From: Candidatus Saccharimonadota bacterium
Lineage (GTDB): Bacteria; Bacteroidota; Bacteroidia; Cytophagales; Amoebophilaceae
Assembly (NCBI RefSeq): GCF_965196625.1
Contig: NZ_OZ239769.1
Location: 960,001-992,000, forward strand
Reading direction: 5' to 3'
Length of the DNA: 32,000 bases
Below are positions 24,667 to 32,000 of the stretch, one piece after another (position 1 is the first letter of the stretch; each line of letters opens with the position of its first letter). The position numbers and the translations under genes were made by a program. Under the pieces are notes generated by a model that worked only from the letters and a program-made list of their open reading frames with translations, ran no database searches and was not told the DNA's origin.

Positions 24667-25164
24667 CTATTTACTAGATGCCTTTTCTAATACAATAAAT
24701 TCATAATCAAATGGATTTATCTCATCTGCTTTAAAAGAACGTATCCCAGATTGCACCCATTCTTTTCCGAGTAAAGGGAAATAAGTATCACCAGGTAGCG
24801 TAGCATGGACCTTTGTTAAATAAATTCTATGGGCAATCGGTAAGGTTTGTTCGTAAACTTTTCCGCCTCCAATAACAAATAACTCCGATTCTCCTTTCGA
24901 TTTTGCTAAATCTATGGCTTCCTCGATATTGCGTACTACATGATAACCTATAACGGATTGCTCCATTTGTGTACTGACTACTATACTAATCCGATTGGGT
25001 AAAATACGCCCAATAGCATGAAAAGTATGGCTGCCCATAAGCAAATAATGGCCTAGGGTATGTTTTTTAAATTCTTGCAAATCAGCAGGAAGATGCCAGG
25101 GAAGCTTATTTTGATTGCCAATTACCCTATTTAGTGACATCGCTGCAATAAGAGATATAATCAT
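24667..25164 (-). CDS. folA: dihydrofolate reductase
   Basis: MIISLIAAMSLNRVIGNQNKLPWHLPADLQEFKKHTLGHYLLMG...VIGGGKVYEQ is canonical DHFR. The track ORF begins at a TTG at 25194. I prefer the ATG at 25164, which gives the usual MI(S)LIAA N-terminus. Confidence 0.9.
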   Translation of the reverse strand: MIISLIAAMSLNRVIGNQNKLPWHLPADLQEFKKHTLGHYLLMGSHTFHAIGRILPNRISIVVSTQMEQSVIGYHVVRNIEEAIDLAKSKGESELFVIGGGKVYEQTLPIAHRIYLTKVHATLPGDTYFPLLGKEWVQSGIRSFKADEINPFDYEFIVLEKASSK

Positions 25165-25296
25165 AGCCCGCTTAAAATATCTAGAATAAAACAATTTATT
25201 TTGATTTATTCAATGAACACTGCTATATTTGTTGCACGCCAAAGGTTGAATGGGTGGATGATACATCCATTAAGCATTATACATTCTATAAAAAAG

Positions 25297-25370
25297 GGGG
25301 GATTAGCTCAGCTGGTTAGAGCACTTGCTTTGCAAGCAAGGGGTCATCGGTTCGAATCCGATATTCTCCA
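25297..25370 (+). tRNA. tRNA-Ala (anticodon UGC)
   Basis: The sequence is GGGGGATTAGCTCAGCTGGTTAGAGCACTTGCTTTGCAAGCAAGGGGTCATCGGTTCGAATCCGATATTCTCCA. It has the G3:U70 identity pair, and the anticodon loop TTTGCAA gives anticodon TGC. It is not adjacent to any rRNA in this window. Confidence 0.9.
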
Positions 25371-25428
25371 CTTATTTATCATGCTAAGCCATCAAAAAGA
25401 AAATCCATCCTAGCAATTTAATCATTAT

Positions 25429-26193
25429 ATGATAAAAATACGAACCCATGCTGAGCTAGCATTATTGGAGCGGGCAGGCCATATTGTAGCGCTTTGCCAT
25501 GACGCTTTAAAGCGTGCGGTTCAACCGGGTGTAAGTAGCCTAGCCTTAGATACAATGGTAGAAGAAATCATTCGGAGCAATGGTGCGGAGCCTGTATTTA
25601 AAGGGTACCGTGGCTTCCCAAATGCTACTTGTATCTCTATCAATGATGGTGTAGTACATGGCATACCAAGCAATCGATGCTTGCATGAGGGGGATATTGT
25701 TGCGATTGACATAGGTGTAAAATACAAAGGCTATATTGGAGATAGTGCTTGGACCTATCCTGTAGGAAATATTTCTGATGCAAAAAAATTTTTATTAGCC
25801 CATACCGAAAAAGCTTTATGGGCAGGGCTAGCTGTCATTAAAGCAGGCATTCGTCTTTCTACCATTTCTCATGCTATAGGTCAGTATGCGACACAGCATA
25901 AGCTTAGTATTGTAAAGGAGTTGGGTGGGCACGGTGTAGGCACCATGCTACACGACCCCCCTCAAATTCAAAACTATGGCAAACCCAATCAGGGGCCTAT
26001 TTTAAAAGCTGGCATGGTATTGGCCATAGAGCCTATATTAAACCTTGGTCATCCAGCCATTAAAACTTTGCAAGATGGTTGGACCATTGTTACCAAAGAT
26101 GGAAAAGATTCCGCCCACTTTGAGCATACGATTGCAGTTGAAGAAGAGGGATATGCCATTTTAACCACTTTAATGCAAGGCCCCAAACATTAG
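25429..26193 (+). CDS. map: type I methionine aminopeptidase
   Basis: The 254-aa ORF carries the metal-ligand pattern DIVAIDIG...DSAWT...GHGVG...LAIEP...FEHT. Confidence 0.95.
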   Translation: MIKIRTHAELALLERAGHIVALCHDALKRAVQPGVSSLALDTMVEEIIRSNGAEPVFKGYRGFPNATCISINDGVVHGIPSNRCLHEGDIVAIDIGVKYKGYIGDSAWTYPVGNISDAKKFLLAHTEKALWAGLAVIKAGIRLSTISHAIGQYATQHKLSIVKELGGHGVGTMLHDPPQIQNYGKPNQGPILKAGMVLAIEPILNLGHPAIKTLQDGWTIVTKDGKDSAHFEHTIAVEEEGYAILTTLMQGPKH

Positions 26194-26261
26194 ATTGTAC
26201 GGTATGCCCTTCTAATAGAAGAAGACCCTTATCGTAAAAGCTATCTTTATTGATTCAAGCT

Positions 26262-26933
26262 ATGAGACAGAAGTGCAAGCGTTTTGAAGCCAATAAATCG
26301 TTGGATCATCTTATAGAACCAGGAAAATCGATCTATAAAAATATCAAAGGGCAATGGAATCGCTTATATTTTCAAAACGATTATCCCATTACGCTAGAAA
26401 TTGGTTGTGGCCATGGTGCCTATACCATTGGGTTGGCTAAAATATTTCCGGAAAGAAATTTTATAGGTATTGACCTCAAGGGAGATCGATTGTGGAAAGG
26501 CGCACAAGAAGCAAAAATATATGGCTTACAAAATGTTGCCTTTTTACGTGCGCAGGCAACCCATCTTTTAGATTTTTTTGAAGAAAATGAAGTAGCTGAG
26601 ATTTGGATTACCTTTCCAGATCCTAGACCCAAAACCAGGGATATAAAACGTAGGCTCACCAGCCTCCGCTTTTTAAAACTCTATCAAACGATGCTTATAG
26701 AGGGCAAGCGCGTGCACTTAAAAACAGATAGCAACTTACTGTTTCAGTATACATTGGATGTGCTGCAAGGGCAAGGCATACAACCCTATGATTATACCAG
26801 AGATTTATATGGTTCTATATTAATAGATAACCACTTTGGAATTCAAACGACTTATGAAAAACGATTTATACCGCAGGGGATGCCCATCTACTACCTATCT
26901 TTTGTCTTAAAAGCTGCCAACCTTACGCTTTAA
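26262..26933 (+). CDS. trmB: tRNA (guanine-N7)-methyltransferase
   Basis: It has the SAM-binding segment LEIGCGHGAYTIGLA and the TrmB pattern WITFPDPRPK...KRRL. The track start at 26250 is a TTG. The first ATG is at 26262, and either start is possible. Confidence 0.88.
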   Translation: MRQKCKRFEANKSLDHLIEPGKSIYKNIKGQWNRLYFQNDYPITLEIGCGHGAYTIGLAKIFPERNFIGIDLKGDRLWKGAQEAKIYGLQNVAFLRAQATHLLDFFEENEVAEIWITFPDPRPKTRDIKRRLTSLRFLKLYQTMLIEGKRVHLKTDSNLLFQYTLDVLQGQGIQPYDYTRDLYGSILIDNHFGIQTTYEKRFIPQGMPIYYLSFVLKAANLTL

Positions 26934-26949
26934 AAATAGCACCCGTTTT

Positions 26950-27492
26950 ATGTCTACTAAAGATATTGTATATATTGCGCTATTTGCTGCTATCTTTGCT
27001 GCTTTAGGGGCAATGCCCCCCATATTATTGCCTTTTAGTCTAGTCCCCATAACGGCGCAATCTTTAGGACCTATGCTAGCAGGTAGCATTTTGGGGGCTA
27101 AAAGAGGTGCTTTGGCCGCTATTTTATTTATCATCATTATGGCCACTGGACTTCCTATTGTGGCAGGTGGCCATGGTGGCATAGGCGTTGTGATGGGCCC
27201 ATCTGGTGGTTTTATATTGGGTTTCCCTGTTGCTGCATATAGTATTGGCCTATTGTTTGAAAGGAACTGGAATAGATTGAATCTAATTTGGGCTGCTGTA
27301 TATATCCTATTGGGTGGGATAGTTTTACTCTATATTTGTGGCTTGCTATGGATTAATATATTATTTGATATTCAGCTACATAAAGCTTTTTTATCTTTTT
27401 GTATATTTATCCCAGGAGATCTGATGAAGGTGATGGTCGCAACGACTACTTCAATGGTGATTAAAAGGGCTTATCCTTTGATTAAAGTGTAA
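26950..27492 (+). CDS. bioY: biotin transporter BioY (ECF S-component type)
   Basis: The 180-aa ORF has 5-6 TM helices. The BioY-like core is PITAQSLGPMLAGSILGAKRGALA...GGHGGIGVVMGPSGGFILGFP. No adjacent ecfA/ecfT or bioMN genes are present. Confidence 0.88.
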   Translation: MSTKDIVYIALFAAIFAALGAMPPILLPFSLVPITAQSLGPMLAGSILGAKRGALAAILFIIIMATGLPIVAGGHGGIGVVMGPSGGFILGFPVAAYSIGLLFERNWNRLNLIWAAVYILLGGIVLLYICGLLWINILFDIQLHKAFLSFCIFIPGDLMKVMVATTTSMVIKRAYPLIKV

Positions 27493-27803
27493 ATAGACCT
27501 TTTGCATAAGCTATTTCTAGTGGCCATTTTATCTATTTTCCTCAAATACATTTAACTTCTATTCGGTTTAATACTAAATTAGTAGGTAGTGCATTAAGGG
27601 AATTGGAGTTTGATAGGGTAAAGCAGAGCATGCATAATTTAAACCACAAAGGGACTTTTCTAATCGATTATTGCTGATTATCAAAATTAAAAAATAGGCT
27701 AGTCCAAAACAACTCACGTTAATAGCATAATCAGTATATATGTTGTGATAACTATTGACAAGTTGGTATCAATAGACCAAATCATTTTAAATGTTCCTAT
27801 AAC

Positions 27804-29573
27804 ATGATGAAAAAATTACCAATTGGAGTAAGTAACTTTCATAAGTTGGTATCTAACGATTACCTATTTTGCGATAAAACAGCCATGATTGCTGAATTTC
27901 TCAATAAGGGTGACGAGGTTACGCTCATTGCCCGCCCTCGTCGATGGGGCAAGACACTCAATATGTCTATGTTGTGCCATTTTTTTGCATCAGAGGTGAA
28001 TGGACTCAGTACAGCAGGCTTATTCGATGATTTAGCGATTAGCAAAATAGATGGTGGTAACCACATTGCACAACATCAAGGTAAGTATCCTGTGATTATG
28101 CTAAGTTTTAAGGATGTTAATGCAAGTGATTTCCAAGGGGCGTACAATGCAGTCTATGAATTGATTTTAAAGGTGTATAGTAGCTATACTTATTTATTCA
28201 ATAGTGATAAAATTAATGAGCTACAGTTAGAGCAGTTATATGTTATTCGAAAAAGACAAGCTAATCAACAACAATTAGAATCTTCCTTAGAGCTCCTTAG
28301 TCAATGTCTCTACCAACACCATGGTCAGAAAGCATATATGCTCATAGATGAATACGATACCCCACTCAACAAAGCTTATGGTAATAAAGAATACTTAGAC
28401 ACTATGGTCGCATTTATGCGTAACCTATTTAGTGCTGCTTTAAAAGATAATGATGCATTAGCAAGGGGCGTTTTAACGGGCATATTGCGTGTGTCTAAGG
28501 ATAGCATGCTCTCTGGATTGAATAACTTAGAAACCTATACCTTACTAGATGAAGAATATAGCTCTCACTTTGGTTTTAGTGAAGATGAGGTTTCATCTTT
28601 GTTTCAAGCTAATGGTCTTAACACTTCCATAGAAGAAGTAAGACATTGGTACAATGGCTACAAAGTAGGGAGCTTGGTTAGGTATAATCCTTGGTCTATT
28701 ATTGCTTGCATCAATAAAACGGGTCTTTTTGATGTCTATTGGGTTAATACGGGTAATAATGATTTAATTAAGCAGTTGATTGGCGCTTCTAATGATAACA
28801 TCAAATCGAAATTTGAACAACTTATGCAAGGAGAGGCGTTAACCGTTCCTGTAGACAAACATCTTGCTTTCGACTTGTTAGATAGAGATGAAACTGCTTT
28901 ATGGAGTTTACTTTTATTTGCTGGTTATTTAACCTTTCAAACGAGCAACATAAGTGCAGATAGTGATTTATATGATTGTACGGTTAAAGTGCCAAATGAT
29001 GAAATACGTAGACTATACAATAGATTCTTTAAAGAATGGTTGAGTAGTAAGTTTATGGACCAAGGGGTGTATAACTCCTTTTTAGAACATTTAGTAGTTG
29101 GTGCAGTATCGACTTTTGTAGAAGCATTAAGCTTGTTTTTACGACAAAGTGCTAGTGCTTTTGATACACAATTTTCTAGAAAATCAGAAGGGTTTTACCA
29201 TGGTTTTGTCTTAGGGATGTTGGCTAGTTTAGGTAGAACTCATTATGTAAAGTCTAATAGAGAAAGTGGATTAGGGCGTTATGATCTGTTATTAATCCCT
29301 AAAAAAGAAGGTTCAAAAGCAATTCTACTGGAGTTTAAACAGGTTCGGAAAGAAGAAGAACTGGAAAGTTCAGCTAAAATTGCTTTACAGCAGATACAAA
29401 CGCAAGCTTATCATACCGAACTATTGCAATACCCGCATGTTAAAGAAGTAGTGGAATGCGGTATTGCTTTTTCTGGAAAGTCGGTTTTAGCGGCTTATGC
29501 TACCTATGATTTGATCGATAAACAGTCTAGTGATATTATTTTAACGAATAGATATGGCCAGGAAGAGGATTAG
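27804..29573 (+). CDS. AAA-ATPase-like / PD-(D/E)XK nuclease-family protein (PF09820 + PF08011-type), intact copy
   Basis: The 589-aa ORF begins MKKLPIGVSNFHKLV...ARPRRWGKT, a P-loop-like segment. The Walker-B-like segment is YMLIDEYDTPL. The C-terminal nuclease-like motif is GRYDLLLIP...ILLEFKQV (D...ExK). Confidence 0.8.
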   Translation: MMKKLPIGVSNFHKLVSNDYLFCDKTAMIAEFLNKGDEVTLIARPRRWGKTLNMSMLCHFFASEVNGLSTAGLFDDLAISKIDGGNHIAQHQGKYPVIMLSFKDVNASDFQGAYNAVYELILKVYSSYTYLFNSDKINELQLEQLYVIRKRQANQQQLESSLELLSQCLYQHHGQKAYMLIDEYDTPLNKAYGNKEYLDTMVAFMRNLFSAALKDNDALARGVLTGILRVSKDSMLSGLNNLETYTLLDEEYSSHFGFSEDEVSSLFQANGLNTSIEEVRHWYNGYKVGSLVRYNPWSIIACINKTGLFDVYWVNTGNNDLIKQLIGASNDNIKSKFEQLMQGEALTVPVDKHLAFDLLDRDETALWSLLLFAGYLTFQTSNISADSDLYDCTVKVPNDEIRRLYNRFFKEWLSSKFMDQGVYNSFLEHLVVGAVSTFVEALSLFLRQSASAFDTQFSRKSEGFYHGFVLGMLASLGRTHYVKSNRESGLGRYDLLLIPKKEGSKAILLEFKQVRKEEELESSAKIALQQIQTQAYHTELLQYPHVKEVVECGIAFSGKSVLAAYATYDLIDKQSSDIILTNRYGQEED

Positions 29574-29604
29574 TACCCATAGAGGCTGTTCCTATACACT
29601 AGGC

Positions 29605-29655
29605 TGCTGGCCTGCCAATAAAAAGTTTGTCGCGCAGTAAAAGCAAGGAAACGAA
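29605..29655. repeat. left-half copy of the GC-rich palindromic element
   Basis: The sequence gctggcctgccaataaaaagtttgtcgcgcagtaaaagcaaggaaacgaac aligns with 18001-18051 with about 8 mismatches. No right arm follows. Confidence 0.65.
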
Positions 29656-29943
29656 CACGAGTGGGTGAGTTCTGTTTTATCTTCTAGAAAGCGCCTATCT
29701 GATCTCACTGATCATAGTGACCAGCAATGTCAATAGCTTGTGCTGCACATAAAAGTGCAATGGCTAGTAAGTTAATAGTGTCTAACGTTTTAGTTATAAA
29801 GCCAATTTAATACAAATAACCTAAATTTTTTAGGGTTATGATTAACATAGCAAATAGTGGAGAGATTCTGCTGAGTAGAAAGAGGAACATAATATTTCAA
29901 TACTTCTTGCATCAGCTCTTGAAAAGTTAAAAACATCTCTCTT

Positions 29944-31257
29944 TTAAGAGTACATGGTTTTCTTATTGTATTTTTTTAAAAATCGAACAAACAGGATACT
30001 GCCTGATATTAAAAAAGCAGCAATTTTGCTTATCCAAACAGATGGAATACCAAAGTTTATTACTTTGATAAGTAAATAACACAAGGGAATACCTATTAAC
30101 CAATTGCTTATTGTAGCAATCAAAAATGGGAAAAATGTATCTTTTAATCCCCTTAAAAGTCCTAAGCTGATCGTATAAAACCCATCTGCAAAAATTAGCA
30201 ATATAGCTAAAGGAATAGAGGAACAAATCATGCTATAGTCTGTTGTACTCCCCTTATAACATACGGTGAAAATGAAAAATGAATAATGGACTATAAAAAA
30301 AGCCAATACTAACATAACCATGCCAGTAGCCCCATAATATATCCAAATAGATTGTTTTTTTTTCTTGTGATTGGAACAACGTGTTTGCTTTACTAAAGTA
30401 GAAGCAGCTAAAGAAAATCCCCAACTAATCCCAATAGGTAAGCTAATAATGTTGTCTAATATAGCATTCGCTCCTTTATGTAATGCCCCAAGGCTTCCTA
30501 TCATAAGCCCTGTAAAAGAAAAGAAAAAAAATTCTAAAAATAGTTGGGTGCCAATAGGAATACCTAAAGTTAATAGCTTTTTTATATATTGCCTATCAAA
30601 GTAAGACAGGGCCAATCGATAGTTAAAATCAGTTTCCAATCTTTTCCATACATAGGGCATCAAAGACAACGCCATAATAAACTTACTAGATAAAGTCGCT
30701 ACACCTGCTCCAATAAGACCATTTGTAAAATTTCCTATGTTAACATGTATAAATAAATAATTCAGTATGATATTGGAAATCAATCCAATCATAGTTGCTA
30801 TGAAGATAGGCTTTGTATTCCCTAGGCCTTCTAAATAGCGACAAAAAGTATTATAGACCATCGTAGGAAAAATAGAAAAAGCCAGCCATCGCATATAGTA
30901 GGGAACCATCGCTACTGCTTGTGTATCTTGTTTAAGATAGGGCAACCAATGGATCATATATAATAAAAGGCCACCAAAAATGATTGACCCAAGTAGATTA
31001 ATAGATAAGCCATTAAAAAACCATTTCGTATTTTCATGTATGGTTTGGTGATTGAGTTTTTCTATAAAAGGCTGCAGCCCATACGCAATACCAGCAGGAA
31101 AAATAGAGAAGACAACAGCTAGATCTATACTTATAGAAACAGCAGCTACTGAAATCATACCCAAATGAGCAATCATAAGTAAGTCCGTAATGGGCATTAG
31201 ATAGTGAACCATCATACTTAGTATGATCGGAATAGATAGTTTCAAAAAATGGATCAT
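29944..31257 (-). CDS. MATE family efflux transporter
   Basis: The 437-aa ORF has about 12 hydrophobic helices. The N-terminus LKLSIPIILSMMVHYLMPITDLLMIAHLG matches the MATE pattern (LALPxxxSxLxxxLxxxVDxxxVGHLG). Confidence 0.85.
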   Translation of the reverse strand: MIHFLKLSIPIILSMMVHYLMPITDLLMIAHLGMISVAAVSISIDLAVVFSIFPAGIAYGLQPFIEKLNHQTIHENTKWFFNGLSINLLGSIIFGGLLLYMIHWLPYLKQDTQAVAMVPYYMRWLAFSIFPTMVYNTFCRYLEGLGNTKPIFIATMIGLISNIILNYLFIHVNIGNFTNGLIGAGVATLSSKFIMALSLMPYVWKRLETDFNYRLALSYFDRQYIKKLLTLGIPIGTQLFLEFFFFSFTGLMIGSLGALHKGANAILDNIISLPIGISWGFSLAASTLVKQTRCSNHKKKKQSIWIYYGATGMVMLVLAFFIVHYSFFIFTVCYKGSTTDYSMICSSIPLAILLIFADGFYTISLGLLRGLKDTFFPFLIATISNWLIGIPLCYLLIKVINFGIPSVWISKIAAFLISGSILFVRFLKKYNKKTMYS

Positions 31258-31295
31258 TTGAAAAACTTTATTATTTGAAATTAAGCGTATGAGAG

Positions 31296-31878
31296 CTATA
31301 TAAATGGTTTAAATTCTTTTAGATAATTAAAATCTTTGACTAAATCAGTATATTTTTTATTACCTATTATAATCACCAATGCAGTATGATCATGCATTAA
31401 TAATGATGAAGGGCGCTCCGTTTTTTGATGGGCTACTATCCTATAATCCATTTTTAGTATCTTACTCTTGATCTTTGGTAGAGTTAACCGGTTTATAATA
31501 CCTGTTTGAGTAGGAATCTGTACCCATGCCGTATAACAATAATCTTGTTTATTTAATGAAATGGGTAAATCCATTGAACCTTTCTGCTATAAATGTCATT
31601 TATATTTAACTGTTTCACACAACAAGAAGGAGGAATGACTACACGATAGTAATAATCCATTTCTCTGTATATTGTTTCATTATCACGAAGATTCATCTCT
31701 TTAATAATGCATTCATTTTCATAAGTATACATTTTTTTATTTTTAGTAGGTCCGAATAATGGTGCGATAGTGTTACCCTATTTTCATCGCCTGCTACATC
31801 AAACATAATGTTAGACAAGCTGACGGCCTTATTCCAGCTCTTTAATAAGATAACCTTATTAATATAAACGTACGACAT
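31296..31878 (-). pseudogene. fragmented hypothetical gene (three consecutive same-strand ORF pieces in different frames)
   Basis: The pieces are 31693-31878 (MSYVYINKVILLKSW...), about 31560-31735 (KKMYTYENECIIKEMNLRDNETIYREMDYYYRVVIPP...) and 31296-31574. The first frame switch coincides with a 7-nt homopolymer at 31732-31738. I recognise no family. Confidence 0.3.
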
Positions 31879-31919
31879 GCCGTTTTTCTAATCCGCTGGA
31901 CAAACGTTCGTCAGCAAAC

Positions 31920-31960
31920 TACAAGCTTACTGAAGCGCCAAGTTTTTTTATCGGCGGCCA
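31920..31960. repeat. right-half copy of the GC-rich palindromic element
   Basis: The sequence tacaagcttactgaagcgccaagtttttttatcggcggcca aligns with 18051-18090. A possible degenerate left end (gctgg) is at 31895-31899. Confidence 0.65.
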
Positions 31961-32000
31961 TTACACATTAAATTCACGCCATTGAAGCGAATGCAATTAA

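Noticed and set aside
25201-25413. A 70-aa plus-strand ORF lies upstream of map.
   Set aside because: It is read straight through tRNA-Ala (25297-25370). The GLAQLVRALALQARGHRFES part is simply the translated tRNA.
26420-27182. ORFs 26420-26659 and 26907-27182 are antisense to trmB and bioY.
   Set aside because: They are shadow ORFs. The Ala/Pro/Gly richness of the second mirrors the Gly/Ala-rich BioY codons.
27740-27775. A 7-bp inverted repeat (ctattga...tcaatag) lies upstream of the intact AAA-ATPase gene and could be an operator.
   Set aside because: It is too short and AT-rich to distinguish from chance in this composition.
1-32000. I looked for CRISPR arrays, rRNA genes, prophage blocks, retron or DGR signatures and toxin-antitoxin pairs.
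   Set aside because: No regularly spaced direct repeats or rRNA-like sequence are present. The only reverse-transcriptase sequence is the truncated group II intron maturase. There are no phage structural genes or obvious TA pairs.

Overview
The window is AT-rich, with local GC rises only in tRNAs, structured-RNA remnants and palindromic repeats. Gene content points to Bacteroidota. The supporting signs are a Rho factor with a long N-terminal insertion, few Shine-Dalgarno sites and a stand-alone BioY. The mix of eukaryote-like and decaying genes resembles reduced intracellular symbionts such as the Amoebophilus/Cardinium lineage; this taxon call is inference only. Housekeeping blocks are rho and serS, then rfbB, tRNA-Ser, a secreted hydrolase, dnaN, folA, tRNA-Ala, map, trmB and bioY. 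These blocks are interleaved with accessory and degraded DNA. The accessory DNA includes three copies of an AAA-ATPase/PD-(D/E)XK family (one intact, one nonsense-inactivated and truncated, one small fragment). It also includes at least three orphan group II intron pieces, one with a recognisable domain V and an RT/maturase C-terminus, plus an IS5-type transposase stub. Further accessory genes are an ankyrin-repeat lipoprotein, a Fic protein, a K/E-rich secreted protein, a MATE exporter and a GC-rich palindromic repeat family. Two loci look most worth follow-up. The first (18359-20980) is a compact RiPP-like locus: a 41-codon ORF with a downstream hairpin, an HExxH-family putative peptide-modifying enzyme interrupted by one in-frame TAG, and an ABC exporter with an unusually short ATPase domain. 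The second (8141-14431) is a pair of diverged, inverted paralogues. They encode polytopic membrane proteins whose cytoplasmic part looks by eye like a catalytically dead histidine kinase fused to a catalytically dead RelA/SpoT-type HD domain. The pair brackets tRNA-Gln and a signal-anchored, coiled-coil ClpP-fold protease with an intact Ser-His-Asp triad. All homology statements come from motif recognition by eye. No database search was run.
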